DNA of 64,000 nucleotides from a virus, in the IMG/VR virus record IMGVR_UViG_3300042549_005585, positions 1 to 64,000 of that record, one strand, 5' to 3'. Positions 21,037-29,443 of the stretch are shown here, one piece after another (within the stretch, counting starts at the first letter, position 1; each line of letters begins with the position of its first letter). Under the pieces are notes generated by a model. That model was not told where the DNA came from and searched no databases. It worked only from the letters and a program-made list of their open reading frames with translations. A program made the position numbers and the translations under genes.

Positions 21037-21705
21037 TTATTTCCCATATTCATATTCTAGTATCTTACCTACTAGGTCAGAGCGGTGATTTTCCTTGAGT
21101 TTAATCCACTTAATCTCGTCAATTTTCTTGGATAATTCAATAGCATACGATAGTCCGTTCATCTCACCTGTCGACGTTTTAATGTCGGTTTGCTCATTGT
21201 CTCCATTGATTACAATCTTACCATTTTTACCTAAACGTGTTAGTATGGCTAGCATTTCACCCTTAGTTAGGTTTTGTGCTTCCTCAACAATTAATATATC
21301 ATCAACTGTTTTACCACGAATAAATTGTACTGGTATTGCTTTGATTTTCTCGTCTTGAAGTAATTTGGGTACTTCGTTTTTATCAGCGCAGCATTTAGTT
21401 AAGTTTTCAACTAATGCCTCCATGTATGGGTCAAATTTTTCATTTAAAGCACCAGGTAAGAAACCTAAGCTTCTACCAACCTCAATGGCTGCTCTAGTAT
21501 TGTAAATGCAATTGATTTGTTTTTTCTTAAGAAAATCTAACGCGGCTTGAGCACATACTAATGATTTACCACTTCCTGCTCTACCTGTCACTATAACAAC
21601 TTGATTTTCTACTATTAAACGTTTTGCTTCTTTCTGCTCTTCATTTAACTGCAAAACATTAATTGACTTGATTTCACTTTTTCTCTCGCGATTAGGTTCT
21701 CTCAT
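21037..21705 (-). CDS. phoH: PhoH family ATPase
   Basis: GRAGSGKS, LGFLPG, FIRGKT, EEAQN, LTRLG, GDNEQTD, HRS. Confidence 0.92.
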   Translation of the reverse strand: MREPNRERKSEIKSINVLQLNEEQKEAKRLIVENQVVIVTGRAGSGKSLVCAQAALDFLKKKQINCIYNTRAAIEVGRSLGFLPGALNEKFDPYMEALVENLTKCCADKNEVPKLLQDEKIKAIPVQFIRGKTVDDILIVEEAQNLTKGEMLAILTRLGKNGKIVINGDNEQTDIKTSTGEMNGLSYAIELSKKIDEIKWIKLKENHRSDLVGKILEYEYGK

Positions 21706-21736
21706 GTATAACGATTTGTTCGATATAAATATGAAT

Positions 21737-21765
21737 AAAAAACCCTACATTTCTGTAGGGCTTTT
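21737..21765 (-). terminator. intrinsic terminator
   Basis: CCCTACA-GAAA-TGTAGGG followed by a T-run on the minus strand. Confidence 0.8.
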
Positions 21766-21768
21766 AGT

Positions 21769-21876
21769 TTATTTTTTAAACTTAGAAACTAAATTTTTGA
21801 TGTGTGGGCCTACCACTACACCAACTACTACACCTAACAAAAAATGCCAATGTAGAATGAATGCTAATTGCTCCAT
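21769..21876 (-). CDS. 35-aa single-pass membrane microprotein (not in ORF track)
   Basis: MEQLAFILHWHFLLGVVVGVVVGPHIKNLVSKFKK; ATATTTAT motif upstream and terminator downstream. Confidence 0.7.
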   Translation of the reverse strand: MEQLAFILHWHFLLGVVVGVVVGPHIKNLVSKFKK

Positions 21877-21938
21877 GTTTTAATGGGTTTTGAGTGAAAA
21901 AATGCAAAACGCGCATTAGTTGGTACCATGGATAAATA

Positions 21939-22577
21939 TTAACCTACTCTATTAGCTGTCACTATTAATGACGGTACGGCTGGCCCATAAGTAGGTGAGG
22001 CATTATATTGTATTCGAGCATCAGAAGCAGCAGATGCCCACATTAATTGAATAAAATCATTAGCATTAACATTAACAAACCAGTTCCAAGCAGCTACAGT
22101 TTTAGCATTACTACCTCCTAATACAGTCACAGCTGTATTACTAATAGGAACATCACTGTTATTTTGTTTTATCCAAATATAAATAATAAAATCAGATCCA
22201 GCTGATGTTTTGTCTAATTGAGCTGAAAATTGAATATCATAAATTCCTGCATTAGTAAACTTAATTTTATCATTAATAGAACCAGAAATAATAACACCTT
22301 GAGAAATATCTGTTGTACTTAAAGACATTGTATTAGCAGTTCCTGGTGCTGGGTTAAGCATTGAAGCTGTATGTAAAAATGAACCATAATAATTAGTCAC
22401 ACCAAAAGATCCAGTTTGACTAGGTAATATAACTGAATTTGATATTTGGTTAAATACAGTATTACCAACTGCTTGTACAGTTGTTTTTTTAGTTATGCCA
22501 CCATTAACAATAGCAAATACATCTGTTGAGGTTGGAGTGACTAGGGATGGTAGTCCGGATATTGGTAAATCTGGCAT
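21939..22577 (-). CDS. putative virion decoration/fibre-head protein (C1q/BclA-C-like beta sandwich)
   Basis: ISGLP N-terminus; GIYDIQFSAQL..IYIW..NN..W..FV.V...DFIQLMW; downstream of MCP. Confidence 0.55.
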   Translation of the reverse strand: MPDLPISGLPSLVTPTSTDVFAIVNGGITKKTTVQAVGNTVFNQISNSVILPSQTGSFGVTNYYGSFLHTASMLNPAPGTANTMSLSTTDISQGVIISGSINDKIKFTNAGIYDIQFSAQLDKTSAGSDFIIYIWIKQNNSDVPISNTAVTVLGGSNAKTVAAWNWFVNVNANDFIQLMWASAASDARIQYNASPTYGPAVPSLIVTANRVG

Positions 22578-22581
22578 ATTG

Positions 22582-22845
22582 TTATTCTTCTATAGTTATG
22601 TAAATTTTAGATCCATCTTCTTGTAGTATATAATATAAGTCCTCTTGTTGAAGAAACCCACTAGTTATTATACGTTTTGGAGCTGGTCCTTTAGGTTGGG
22701 AATTATACCAGTTTTGGTAGTGTAAATTACTTAGTTGATCAAGATAAGCATTATAACGCTTCACCTGTTCTTGTAACGGTAATTTATTAATATGCGGTTG
22801 TTGTTTAAACAACGGCCATGGCATTTCATCTACAATCAAACTCAT
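22582..22845 (-). CDS. hypothetical protein (ATG start at 22845 preferred)
   Basis: C-terminal FLQQEDLYYILQEDGSKI motif; start follows an ATATTTAT motif. Confidence 0.55.
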   Translation of the reverse strand: MSLIVDEMPWPLFKQQPHINKLPLQEQVKRYNAYLDQLSNLHYQNWYNSQPKGPAPKRIITSGFLQQEDLYYILQEDGSKIYITIEE

Positions 22846-22861
22846 ATAATATAAATATGAC

Positions 22862-22894
22862 AAAAAGAGACCCGAGCTTACAGGCTCGGGTCTC
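22862..22894 (-). terminator. intrinsic terminator after major capsid gene
   Basis: 11-bp stem GAGACCCGAGC/GCTCGGGTCTC followed by TTTTT. Confidence 0.9.
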
Positions 22895-22920
22895 AGGTAT
22901 CTAAACTAGACGGTTAAATA

Positions 22921-24573
22921 CTAGATAGTGTTTAAGTCTAATACATAGATCTTACCATAGAATTCAGGACGAACCATCTTCTTAGCGTAACGAGTCATGA
23001 TACCTTTACGTGGAGTGAAGGTATTTGGATCGTACACTAATGGAGTCATGATCAATGGAATGTATGGAGCGTAAACGGCACCTGATTCTAAGAATTGGTT
23101 ACCACGGAAGCCCATTAAGATAACGTTTTCAGTCATATAAGGATTCTTATAAACTTTGTAACGGCTATTTAATTGACCTACTTTTTGTACTCCAAACGCA
23201 TACTTCATAGTATCTGCTGCACCATCTGTATCAGCTGCGAATCCTGGGATTGATTCTAAAACAGTAGCTACTGAAGGAGAAGTAACTAAGAAGTTAGCAC
23301 CACCACGTAATGTTCTTTGGTGGATTGTGTTAGAGATCTTTTGCATTTTAGTTCCTAAAGTTTGGAACCAACCACCTTGTGTGTTGTAGTATCCACCAGC
23401 AGCAACTGAACTATCAACATAAGTGATAGCACCGTTAGCAGCAACAGTTACGAATCTGTTAGACTGTGCAGACCATGCTTCAACAGTTGGAGCTGCTTCA
23501 ACTAACATATCTAAGATTTCCAAATCAATCTCTAAAGAGATGTATTCAGATAAGATAGAAGTTAATTCAGCTTCAGCGTCTAATGAATGGTAAGCGTTCA
23601 AGTCTTGTGCAAATTCTGGAGTCCATTGTGCTTTTAACTTACGAGTTTTAGCAGCAATAGTCTCAGAACGTAACTGAACGTTAATTTCTGGAATAGAAAT
23701 TGTAGTTGCAGATTGAGCGTTTGGAACAGCGTATGTAGAACCATCTTCGAAATCACCACGAGCGTTAAAATCAGTTTGCTTATTATAGAAAACTGTTGTA
23801 GCTAATGGAGAAGTGAATGGATTCAAACCAGAAGAAGCAGTAACGAAGAATTCGATATTGCTGCCGTTGATCTTAGTGAACTGAGGTAAAACTTGCTCAG
23901 GAGCAATATTACTAGTAGCTGAGATAACAAATGCACCTACACCTAAAGTATCGTAGTTAGGGATGTTAGAAACAGCAACAACTACTTTCTTAATACCACC
24001 TGCTACTTGAGAAGCAGAGAAGTTAGCATCACCTTGGATATCAGCGAAAGAAGCTGAAGTTACAGCTGAAGCTGTAGCTAAAGATACTACTGAAGATGTT
24101 TGGTTCATTGTGTAACCATAACGGCCAGCACCATATAAACCACCAGAAGCGAAGTTACCAAAGTTTGTAGATGTAGCACCATATAAAGAATTACCATCTT
24201 TGAAAGGATTCTTGTTAGTTCCATATTGGAAATCTAAGAAGAATACTAAACCAGCTGGTAAGCTCATTGGTTGTACAGAAACGAACTCTTTAGAAGCGAT
24301 TTGACCAAATACTTTACGTACTAAAGGTAAGGCAACGCCAGCCCATTGTTCACCAGTCCCTGGAGTGAATGTACCACCTGTACCAGTTTGAGAAGACTCA
24401 ACAACTAATTGCTTAGCTTGATTCTCCAACAACATAGCCATAGTAGTTCTGTCTTGTTCGCCAAGACCTTCCAAAAGACCTGATTTTGCCCATTTGCTAG
24501 CTAATTTGCTTGCATCAGATTGAACTGACTGCCATGGGTTAGCAGATTCGATTAAAGATTGAACAGTACTCAT
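22921..24573 (-). CDS. major capsid protein, T4 gp23-like
   Basis: LLENQ, VSVQPMSLPAGLVF, AKTRKLKAQWTPEFAQDLNAYHSLDAEAEL, YAPYIPL, FTPRKGIMTRY. Confidence 0.97.
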   Translation of the reverse strand: MSTVQSLIESANPWQSVQSDASKLASKWAKSGLLEGLGEQDRTTMAMLLENQAKQLVVESSQTGTGGTFTPGTGEQWAGVALPLVRKVFGQIASKEFVSVQPMSLPAGLVFFLDFQYGTNKNPFKDGNSLYGATSTNFGNFASGGLYGAGRYGYTMNQTSSVVSLATASAVTSASFADIQGDANFSASQVAGGIKKVVVAVSNIPNYDTLGVGAFVISATSNIAPEQVLPQFTKINGSNIEFFVTASSGLNPFTSPLATTVFYNKQTDFNARGDFEDGSTYAVPNAQSATTISIPEINVQLRSETIAAKTRKLKAQWTPEFAQDLNAYHSLDAEAELTSILSEYISLEIDLEILDMLVEAAPTVEAWSAQSNRFVTVAANGAITYVDSSVAAGGYYNTQGGWFQTLGTKMQKISNTIHQRTLRGGANFLVTSPSVATVLESIPGFAADTDGAADTMKYAFGVQKVGQLNSRYKVYKNPYMTENVILMGFRGNQFLESGAVYAPYIPLIMTPLVYDPNTFTPRKGIMTRYAKKMVRPEFYGKIYVLDLNTI

Positions 24574-24593
24574 TTGTTAATGAAAATTTAAAT

Positions 24594-25739
24594 TTATTTA
24601 ATAATACCCGCTAATTTTTGTAAGCGGTTAATAACAGCATCGCTTTCTACAATTGTTTGCTTAGGAGCATTTCCAACTGCTTTAGAAGCGAAACCAATAG
24701 ATTCTTTCAATGAAGACTTCTTAGTCTCACTTACAGATTCTTTTAATGTTGCGTAAATGTTTTTAACCTCATTGATTGTAGTTGCACGATCAAATGCGTT
24801 AATAACTTTTACTTTTTGTGATTCAGCTAATGACTTAGCTTTGAAAATCTTATTAACGTAAAGTAATTTAGCGTTTAATAAGTTCACTTCGTTAATTGAT
24901 TCTTTCAATGTTTTGATAACACTGATAGCTTCTTTTAACTCTTTTTCAGCTTTTTCTGCTTTCTTTTCTGCCTTAGCAGCTTTTTCTTCAGCAGCTTTTT
25001 CCTTAGCTTTTTCAGCTTTGGTTTTTTCTTTTTTAGCTTCGTAAAGGTCATCATTAGATTCTTCATCTAATTCAGATAACATTTCGTCGATGTCGGTAAT
25101 TTCTGTGTCAGAAGTTTCCATGTCAGTTGGTTCCATATCAGGAGCTTCAGATCCACTTTGTCCCATTAACTCAGCTACAACATCATGAATGATGTCTCTT
25201 AACTCGTCAACAGTTAACTCAGTGATTTCTTCGTCACCTTCTTCTTCACCTTCTTCTTCTTCTTCTTCCTCTTTCAATTCGTCATCTTTAGCTTCTTCCA
25301 TGGTATCATCTTCTTCTGCTGCTTCCATCATAGAATCATCATCAGATTTTGCTTCTTCCATGTCAGCGCCTTTGTCTTCTCCCTCTAAAGCTTCAAGTTC
25401 AGCTAAGATTTCGTCTAAAGATTCTTCCATATCGTAAGTTTCGTCCATTTGGTCGTCACCTTCTTTAAGTTTGTCGTCTTCATCCTTATCAGCTGTTTCT
25501 TGCATTTCTTCTTTGTTAGAAGCAGGCTTCTTAATGCGATACTCTTCGATTCCTTCTTCCATCTCATCTTTAACTTCGTCTAATTCTTCCTCAACTTCTT
25601 CAGAAAGTTTTAACGAAATCATTTCTTTGATTCGTGGAGCAAAGGTTTCTTCAAGAGCGGCTTTTGCATTAGCTAACGCGGCTTCGCGTACAGCTTTAGC
25701 ATCAGCGATCGCTTGTGCGAACAATGCTTGATTTGACAT
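24594..25739 (-). CDS. prohead scaffolding protein (gp22-like)
   Basis: Very acidic coiled coil between protease and MCP; many xxE sites. Confidence 0.8.
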   Translation of the reverse strand: MSNQALFAQAIADAKAVREAALANAKAALEETFAPRIKEMISLKLSEEVEEELDEVKDEMEEGIEEYRIKKPASNKEEMQETADKDEDDKLKEGDDQMDETYDMEESLDEILAELEALEGEDKGADMEEAKSDDDSMMEAAEEDDTMEEAKDDELKEEEEEEEGEEEGDEEITELTVDELRDIIHDVVAELMGQSGSEAPDMEPTDMETSDTEITDIDEMLSELDEESNDDLYEAKKEKTKAEKAKEKAAEEKAAKAEKKAEKAEKELKEAISVIKTLKESINEVNLLNAKLLYVNKIFKAKSLAESQKVKVINAFDRATTINEVKNIYATLKESVSETKKSSLKESIGFASKAVGNAPKQTIVESDAVINRLQKLAGIIK

Positions 25740-25870
25740 AATAAAATTTTTGTCGGGGATTGTCTATTTAATTTGAGACAATATAAGGGTATGTAATTAA
25801 AACGATAGGATATTAGAGATCCTATATGGGTATCAATAAATATATGTAGATATGTCTAAGCGATAAAGTC

Positions 25871-26515
25871 CTAGATAGGCTTTATGCAACATATCCCAGT
25901 TTGAGAACAAATAATCTCAGATATTAACTGGTTGATTTTACCATATTTGCTAGGTTTAGCAATTGTTGTTGGGTCATATGACTCGTTCATTGTTCCACCT
26001 GTTGGACGCATAAATGCACCTTGTGTAGATGGTGTTGATACAAAATCCCAACATAACAATTCGAAATCGTCTTGTACCTCTACTGTACCTTCACCTAATG
26101 GTTTAACTGAACCCATACCACGAGATGAAATACCTACAGTAATATTATTAACAAATAACTGCTTTAAGATATTACCACTTGGTGTCGGTAATACTTCGAT
26201 TCTACCCATTAAATCATCTCCGTCCCACCATAATTTAGTAATGTTATGGCATACGTTTTTAAGATTGATAATAGATGAATCTGGGTGATCTAGTTCGCCT
26301 AATGCTCTATTTTCAGCGATAGGTCCACTAACATACTTTTCTACTTCACGTTTTAAAGTATCTTTAGGATAAACACGTCCATTTTGATTTTTAGCATCAG
26401 CACGTTGTACCACACCCTCAACAATTAAGTTTTTAGATGGATTAAACTTCGCCTCATTCAATGATTGAGGTGATGGCTGGAATGAGAAATATTCTATTAA
26501 AACTTGTTTGGACAT
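25871..26515 (-). CDS. prohead protease, T4 gp21-like
   Basis: NQNGRVYP, ALGELDHP, GISSRGMGS, WDFVSTPS. Confidence 0.95.
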   Translation of the reverse strand: MSKQVLIEYFSFQPSPQSLNEAKFNPSKNLIVEGVVQRADAKNQNGRVYPKDTLKREVEKYVSGPIAENRALGELDHPDSSIINLKNVCHNITKLWWDGDDLMGRIEVLPTPSGNILKQLFVNNITVGISSRGMGSVKPLGEGTVEVQDDFELLCWDFVSTPSTQGAFMRPTGGTMNESYDPTTIAKPSKYGKINQLISEIICSQTGICCIKPI

Positions 26516-26525
26516 GATTAGTATA

Positions 26526-27665
26526 TTATACGTCTGTTGTTGTTGTTTGAACTCCTTTTTTAGCTAAACTAGCTTGTATGTCTGATACTTGATTATCTGG
26601 TACTACATCAATAGTTGTTCCTGTAGTTTTAGACTTAATAAGTTTAGTTTCTTTCTTTAACTTAGCTTTGATTTTAGCAATATTTTTAGTTTTCTTATCT
26701 ACTTCTACTTCTTCGTTCTCAGTTAAAAAAAAATCTTTGAATGAAACACCTTCTTTAACCACTTTTGGTTTACCAGGCATATCCATTACTTTGCTAATTC
26801 CTTTAGCTTTCTTAGGTGTCATAGTCATTTCCTTAACACCTTTTGGAGATGCAGTTCCTTGCTCTTTCTTACCTAAATTATCTTTAACATTTGCTTTAGC
26901 ATTCTTACCAGCACCTTTTTTCAACATTCCATCAGCAGTTGCTTGCATTCCTGGTTTGTTAGTTTCAGTTTCTTTAAAAGTGTAAGGTGATTTTTTAGCA
27001 TTTAACGTTGTGTAGTAGTTAGAATCTTTAGCTAAATTTCTTAATGTTTTAGCTTTAGCTTTTTCTAAACCCTCATCAGTATAGTCATCAGAACATTCTA
27101 ATTCATATTGAATACCTAAACGGTATTGGTATGGATTAGCATGATCCGCGTCAAGCGCTTTTGGTTGTTTTTTCTTACCTTCTTGTAATGAATCAGACTC
27201 AGCAAATTCTCTTCTACGAGACTTATATCTGTCTTTGAATCTTAAAACATCCATTACATCGTCAACGTCATTATAGAAACCATAATGTTTCAATAAAGCG
27301 TCTTCTTCTCTTTCATATAAGTTATTTTCAGCGAAGAATTTACCTAACATTTTTTTATCAACACTTGTACCCAATTCGTCAACATATATTTCAATATCTT
27401 CATCACTTACTGGTTCCAATTTTTCATCTACAGAAGTATCTTCATAAGACATTTCTTCCATAGGTGCTTCTTCAGTAGTATCTACTTTAATTTCTTCTAC
27501 AGACTCACGGATAATACCCTTGTTCTTAAGGATTTTAATAGCATCATCATATGATGTTACACTAATAATCCAAGGTAACTTAGCGTCACGTCTAACCTCG
27601 TATAAAAATTTCTCGCGACTTACCTCGCCTGCTTTATGCTTTTTGTATAAATCTATTGTTGTCAT
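26526..27665 (-). CDS. putative internal head/core protein
   Basis: Head-module position; alternating acidic and Lys-rich blocks; IRE, LQE and FKDFFLTE sites. Confidence 0.55.
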   Translation of the reverse strand: MTTIDLYKKHKAGEVSREKFLYEVRRDAKLPWIISVTSYDDAIKILKNKGIIRESVEEIKVDTTEEAPMEEMSYEDTSVDEKLEPVSDEDIEIYVDELGTSVDKKMLGKFFAENNLYEREEDALLKHYGFYNDVDDVMDVLRFKDRYKSRRREFAESDSLQEGKKKQPKALDADHANPYQYRLGIQYELECSDDYTDEGLEKAKAKTLRNLAKDSNYYTTLNAKKSPYTFKETETNKPGMQATADGMLKKGAGKNAKANVKDNLGKKEQGTASPKGVKEMTMTPKKAKGISKVMDMPGKPKVVKEGVSFKDFFLTENEEVEVDKKTKNIAKIKAKLKKETKLIKSKTTGTTIDVVPDNQVSDIQASLAKKGVQTTTTDV

Positions 27666-27676
27666 ACTGATAAATA

Positions 27677-27805
27677 TTATCTTCCTTGGCCACGATACGC
27701 TTTAGGGCGTGGTGTGTGTTTGTTAAATGATTTTTGTGCTGATCCTATTTTGCGTTTACCGAATGAAACTTTGGTACTATTGCTTGCTGATTTTGCTTTA
27801 GCCAT
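27677..27805 (-). CDS. 42-aa basic microprotein ending YRGQGR (not in ORF track)
   Basis: MAKAKSASNSTKVSFGKRKIGSAQKSFNKHTPRPKAYRGQGR; fills the intergenic gap almost exactly. Confidence 0.75.
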   Translation of the reverse strand: MAKAKSASNSTKVSFGKRKIGSAQKSFNKHTPRPKAYRGQGR

Positions 27806-27811
27806 TATTTT

Positions 27812-28024
27812 TTATTTTGGGTTATATAATCCTTGTCTTACAAGTGATTGGATAATAGCGAATACAGCATCTTGATCACTATACTCATAAAACTTAGCTA
27901 AATCCTTTACATATCCTAATACTTTAGAATCAAGTTCAGGGTTAACAGCCTCTTTAACTTCCATATTTTCGTTTATGTTAGCCTTAGCGTTAAATACGAA
28001 TTTTTTATAGTCAAAATTATCCAT
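27812..28024 (-). CDS. small protein with FDYKKF leader
   Basis: MDNFDYKKFV...INE. Confidence 0.7.
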   Translation of the reverse strand: MDNFDYKKFVFNAKANINENMEVKEAVNPELDSKVLGYVKDLAKFYEYSDQDAVFAIIQSLVRQGLYNPK

Positions 28025-28035
28025 TGTTATTTTAT

Positions 28036-28551
28036 TTAATATTCAGGGTTTCTATCTTTTTCATCAAACGCACCTTGTATGTAAGCGTATCTACTTTCAT
28101 TTCCTCCATCCCATACATTGTAGTTTTCATCATCATCCTTTCCAGTAAAGAAAATAATATCATATACTTCATCATAAAACTTAGTGTCAGTAGCCATTAG
28201 TTTTTCAAATTTTTCTAATGTATTAGGTCTAAGTTTAAATGCTATATAATTATCAGCTCCTGGTTTGTTTATTTTATATTCTTTCCATAATTGCTTATAG
28301 TCTATTGCTTTAGACTTACGGTTAGGAACAGAAGGAGCATTTGTGAAACCAAAATGAGATACAGCGTAATTATTTTTTACTTTACCTCCAGCAAGTTGTG
28401 GAGCGTCTTCTTTCTTGATTTTTTTAAATGCTTTAGCAGTAGCGATTTGTGGATTGGAAACACCAGGAGCAAAACCAGCACCTGTACCAGTACCAGACAT
28501 TTCTTTTACTAGTTGTGTAGTATACTCCTTAATATATTTTCTAATGTCCAT
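28036..28551 (-). CDS. putative processed head protein with internal EYKINKP
   Basis: YIKE, LVKE and LWKEYKINKPG sites. Confidence 0.65.
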   Translation of the reverse strand: MDIRKYIKEYTTQLVKEMSGTGTGAGFAPGVSNPQIATAKAFKKIKKEDAPQLAGGKVKNNYAVSHFGFTNAPSVPNRKSKAIDYKQLWKEYKINKPGADNYIAFKLRPNTLEKFEKLMATDTKFYDEVYDIIFFTGKDDDENYNVWDGGNESRYAYIQGAFDEKDRNPEY

Positions 28552-29409
28552 TTACTTAGATACTTTTTTTAATTCATCTAGTAACTCATGGTATTGTAAT
28601 AATGAGATCATATGCTCATCTTTTACAGTTTTACCTTTAGGAACACCAACCATTAAATTCAATATCTCGTTTAGTTTGATCTGAGTAGTTTTGTCATCTA
28701 GTTTAGGAATGAATGCTTGTAACTCAGCTTTTAAACCATTAACATTCTTGTTAACAAACTCACGTAGTTGTTCTGTATTAGAAATATTATTGATGAATTC
28801 TTTCAACACATTCTTTTGGGTAGTACTGAAATATGAATATTTGTCATTAAATTTCTCAATAAGTAATTTATAAGCCAAGATACGAATATCTTTATCAGCT
28901 CTTGTGAACTCATTGATGACAGCACTTTGAATTTTTTCTTCAGTCAATGGAATTTTTGTGATATGTTCCAACAATGTTAACTTATTAGTGACAATTGTTT
29001 TAGGATCATCAAATTCCTTGCTGTTTTTAGACTCAATTAACGTAGAGATAGACGCTAATACTTTGTAATTATTGATCTTAGCCTTGAAGAAATCATCAAG
29101 ATCGTAGTTCTTCTTGATCTCTTTGATCAAGTTGTACTTATCTTTGTTGATTTGCTCACGATTCAACTTAGTACTTAAATCAAGTACAGTATTAATCAAT
29201 GACTCGGCTTTAGACTCGCTCAACTTTTCAGCTGAAGCAATAGTATAATATAATTTATGCTCCTTGGCTAATTCGCTGTTGGAGAAAAATTTCTTAATGA
29301 TTTTAACCGACGATGAATCTTTGGCTGATAGCACATCAGATGCGATCTGGCGGACAAGTAATTCAAATAAAATACCTGTATTTTTAAATTTGCTGTGTTT
29401 GGCTTTCAT
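28552..29409 (-). CDS. conserved-looking helical head-module protein
   Basis: KHSKFKNTGILFELL N-terminus; directly downstream of portal. Confidence 0.65.
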   Translation of the reverse strand: MKAKHSKFKNTGILFELLVRQIASDVLSAKDSSSVKIIKKFFSNSELAKEHKLYYTIASAEKLSESKAESLINTVLDLSTKLNREQINKDKYNLIKEIKKNYDLDDFFKAKINNYKVLASISTLIESKNSKEFDDPKTIVTNKLTLLEHITKIPLTEEKIQSAVINEFTRADKDIRILAYKLLIEKFNDKYSYFSTTQKNVLKEFINNISNTEQLREFVNKNVNGLKAELQAFIPKLDDKTTQIKLNEILNLMVGVPKGKTVKDEHMISLLQYHELLDELKKVSK

Positions 29410-29430
29410 ATAAAGTTAATGCGCACTACT

Positions 29431-29439
29431 TATAAATAT
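29431..29439 (-). promoter_or_regulatory. representative copy of the late-promoter-like ATATTTAT(A) motif
   Basis: Other copies near 3270, 6245, 12045, 16226, 17658, 21019, 21724, 21932, 22850, 25836, 27670, 31397, 33023, 35345, 36902, 39020, 46090, 46555, 53175, 55946 and 61136; nearly all lie upstream of a start codon. Confidence 0.7.
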
Positions 29440-29443
29440 GTTA

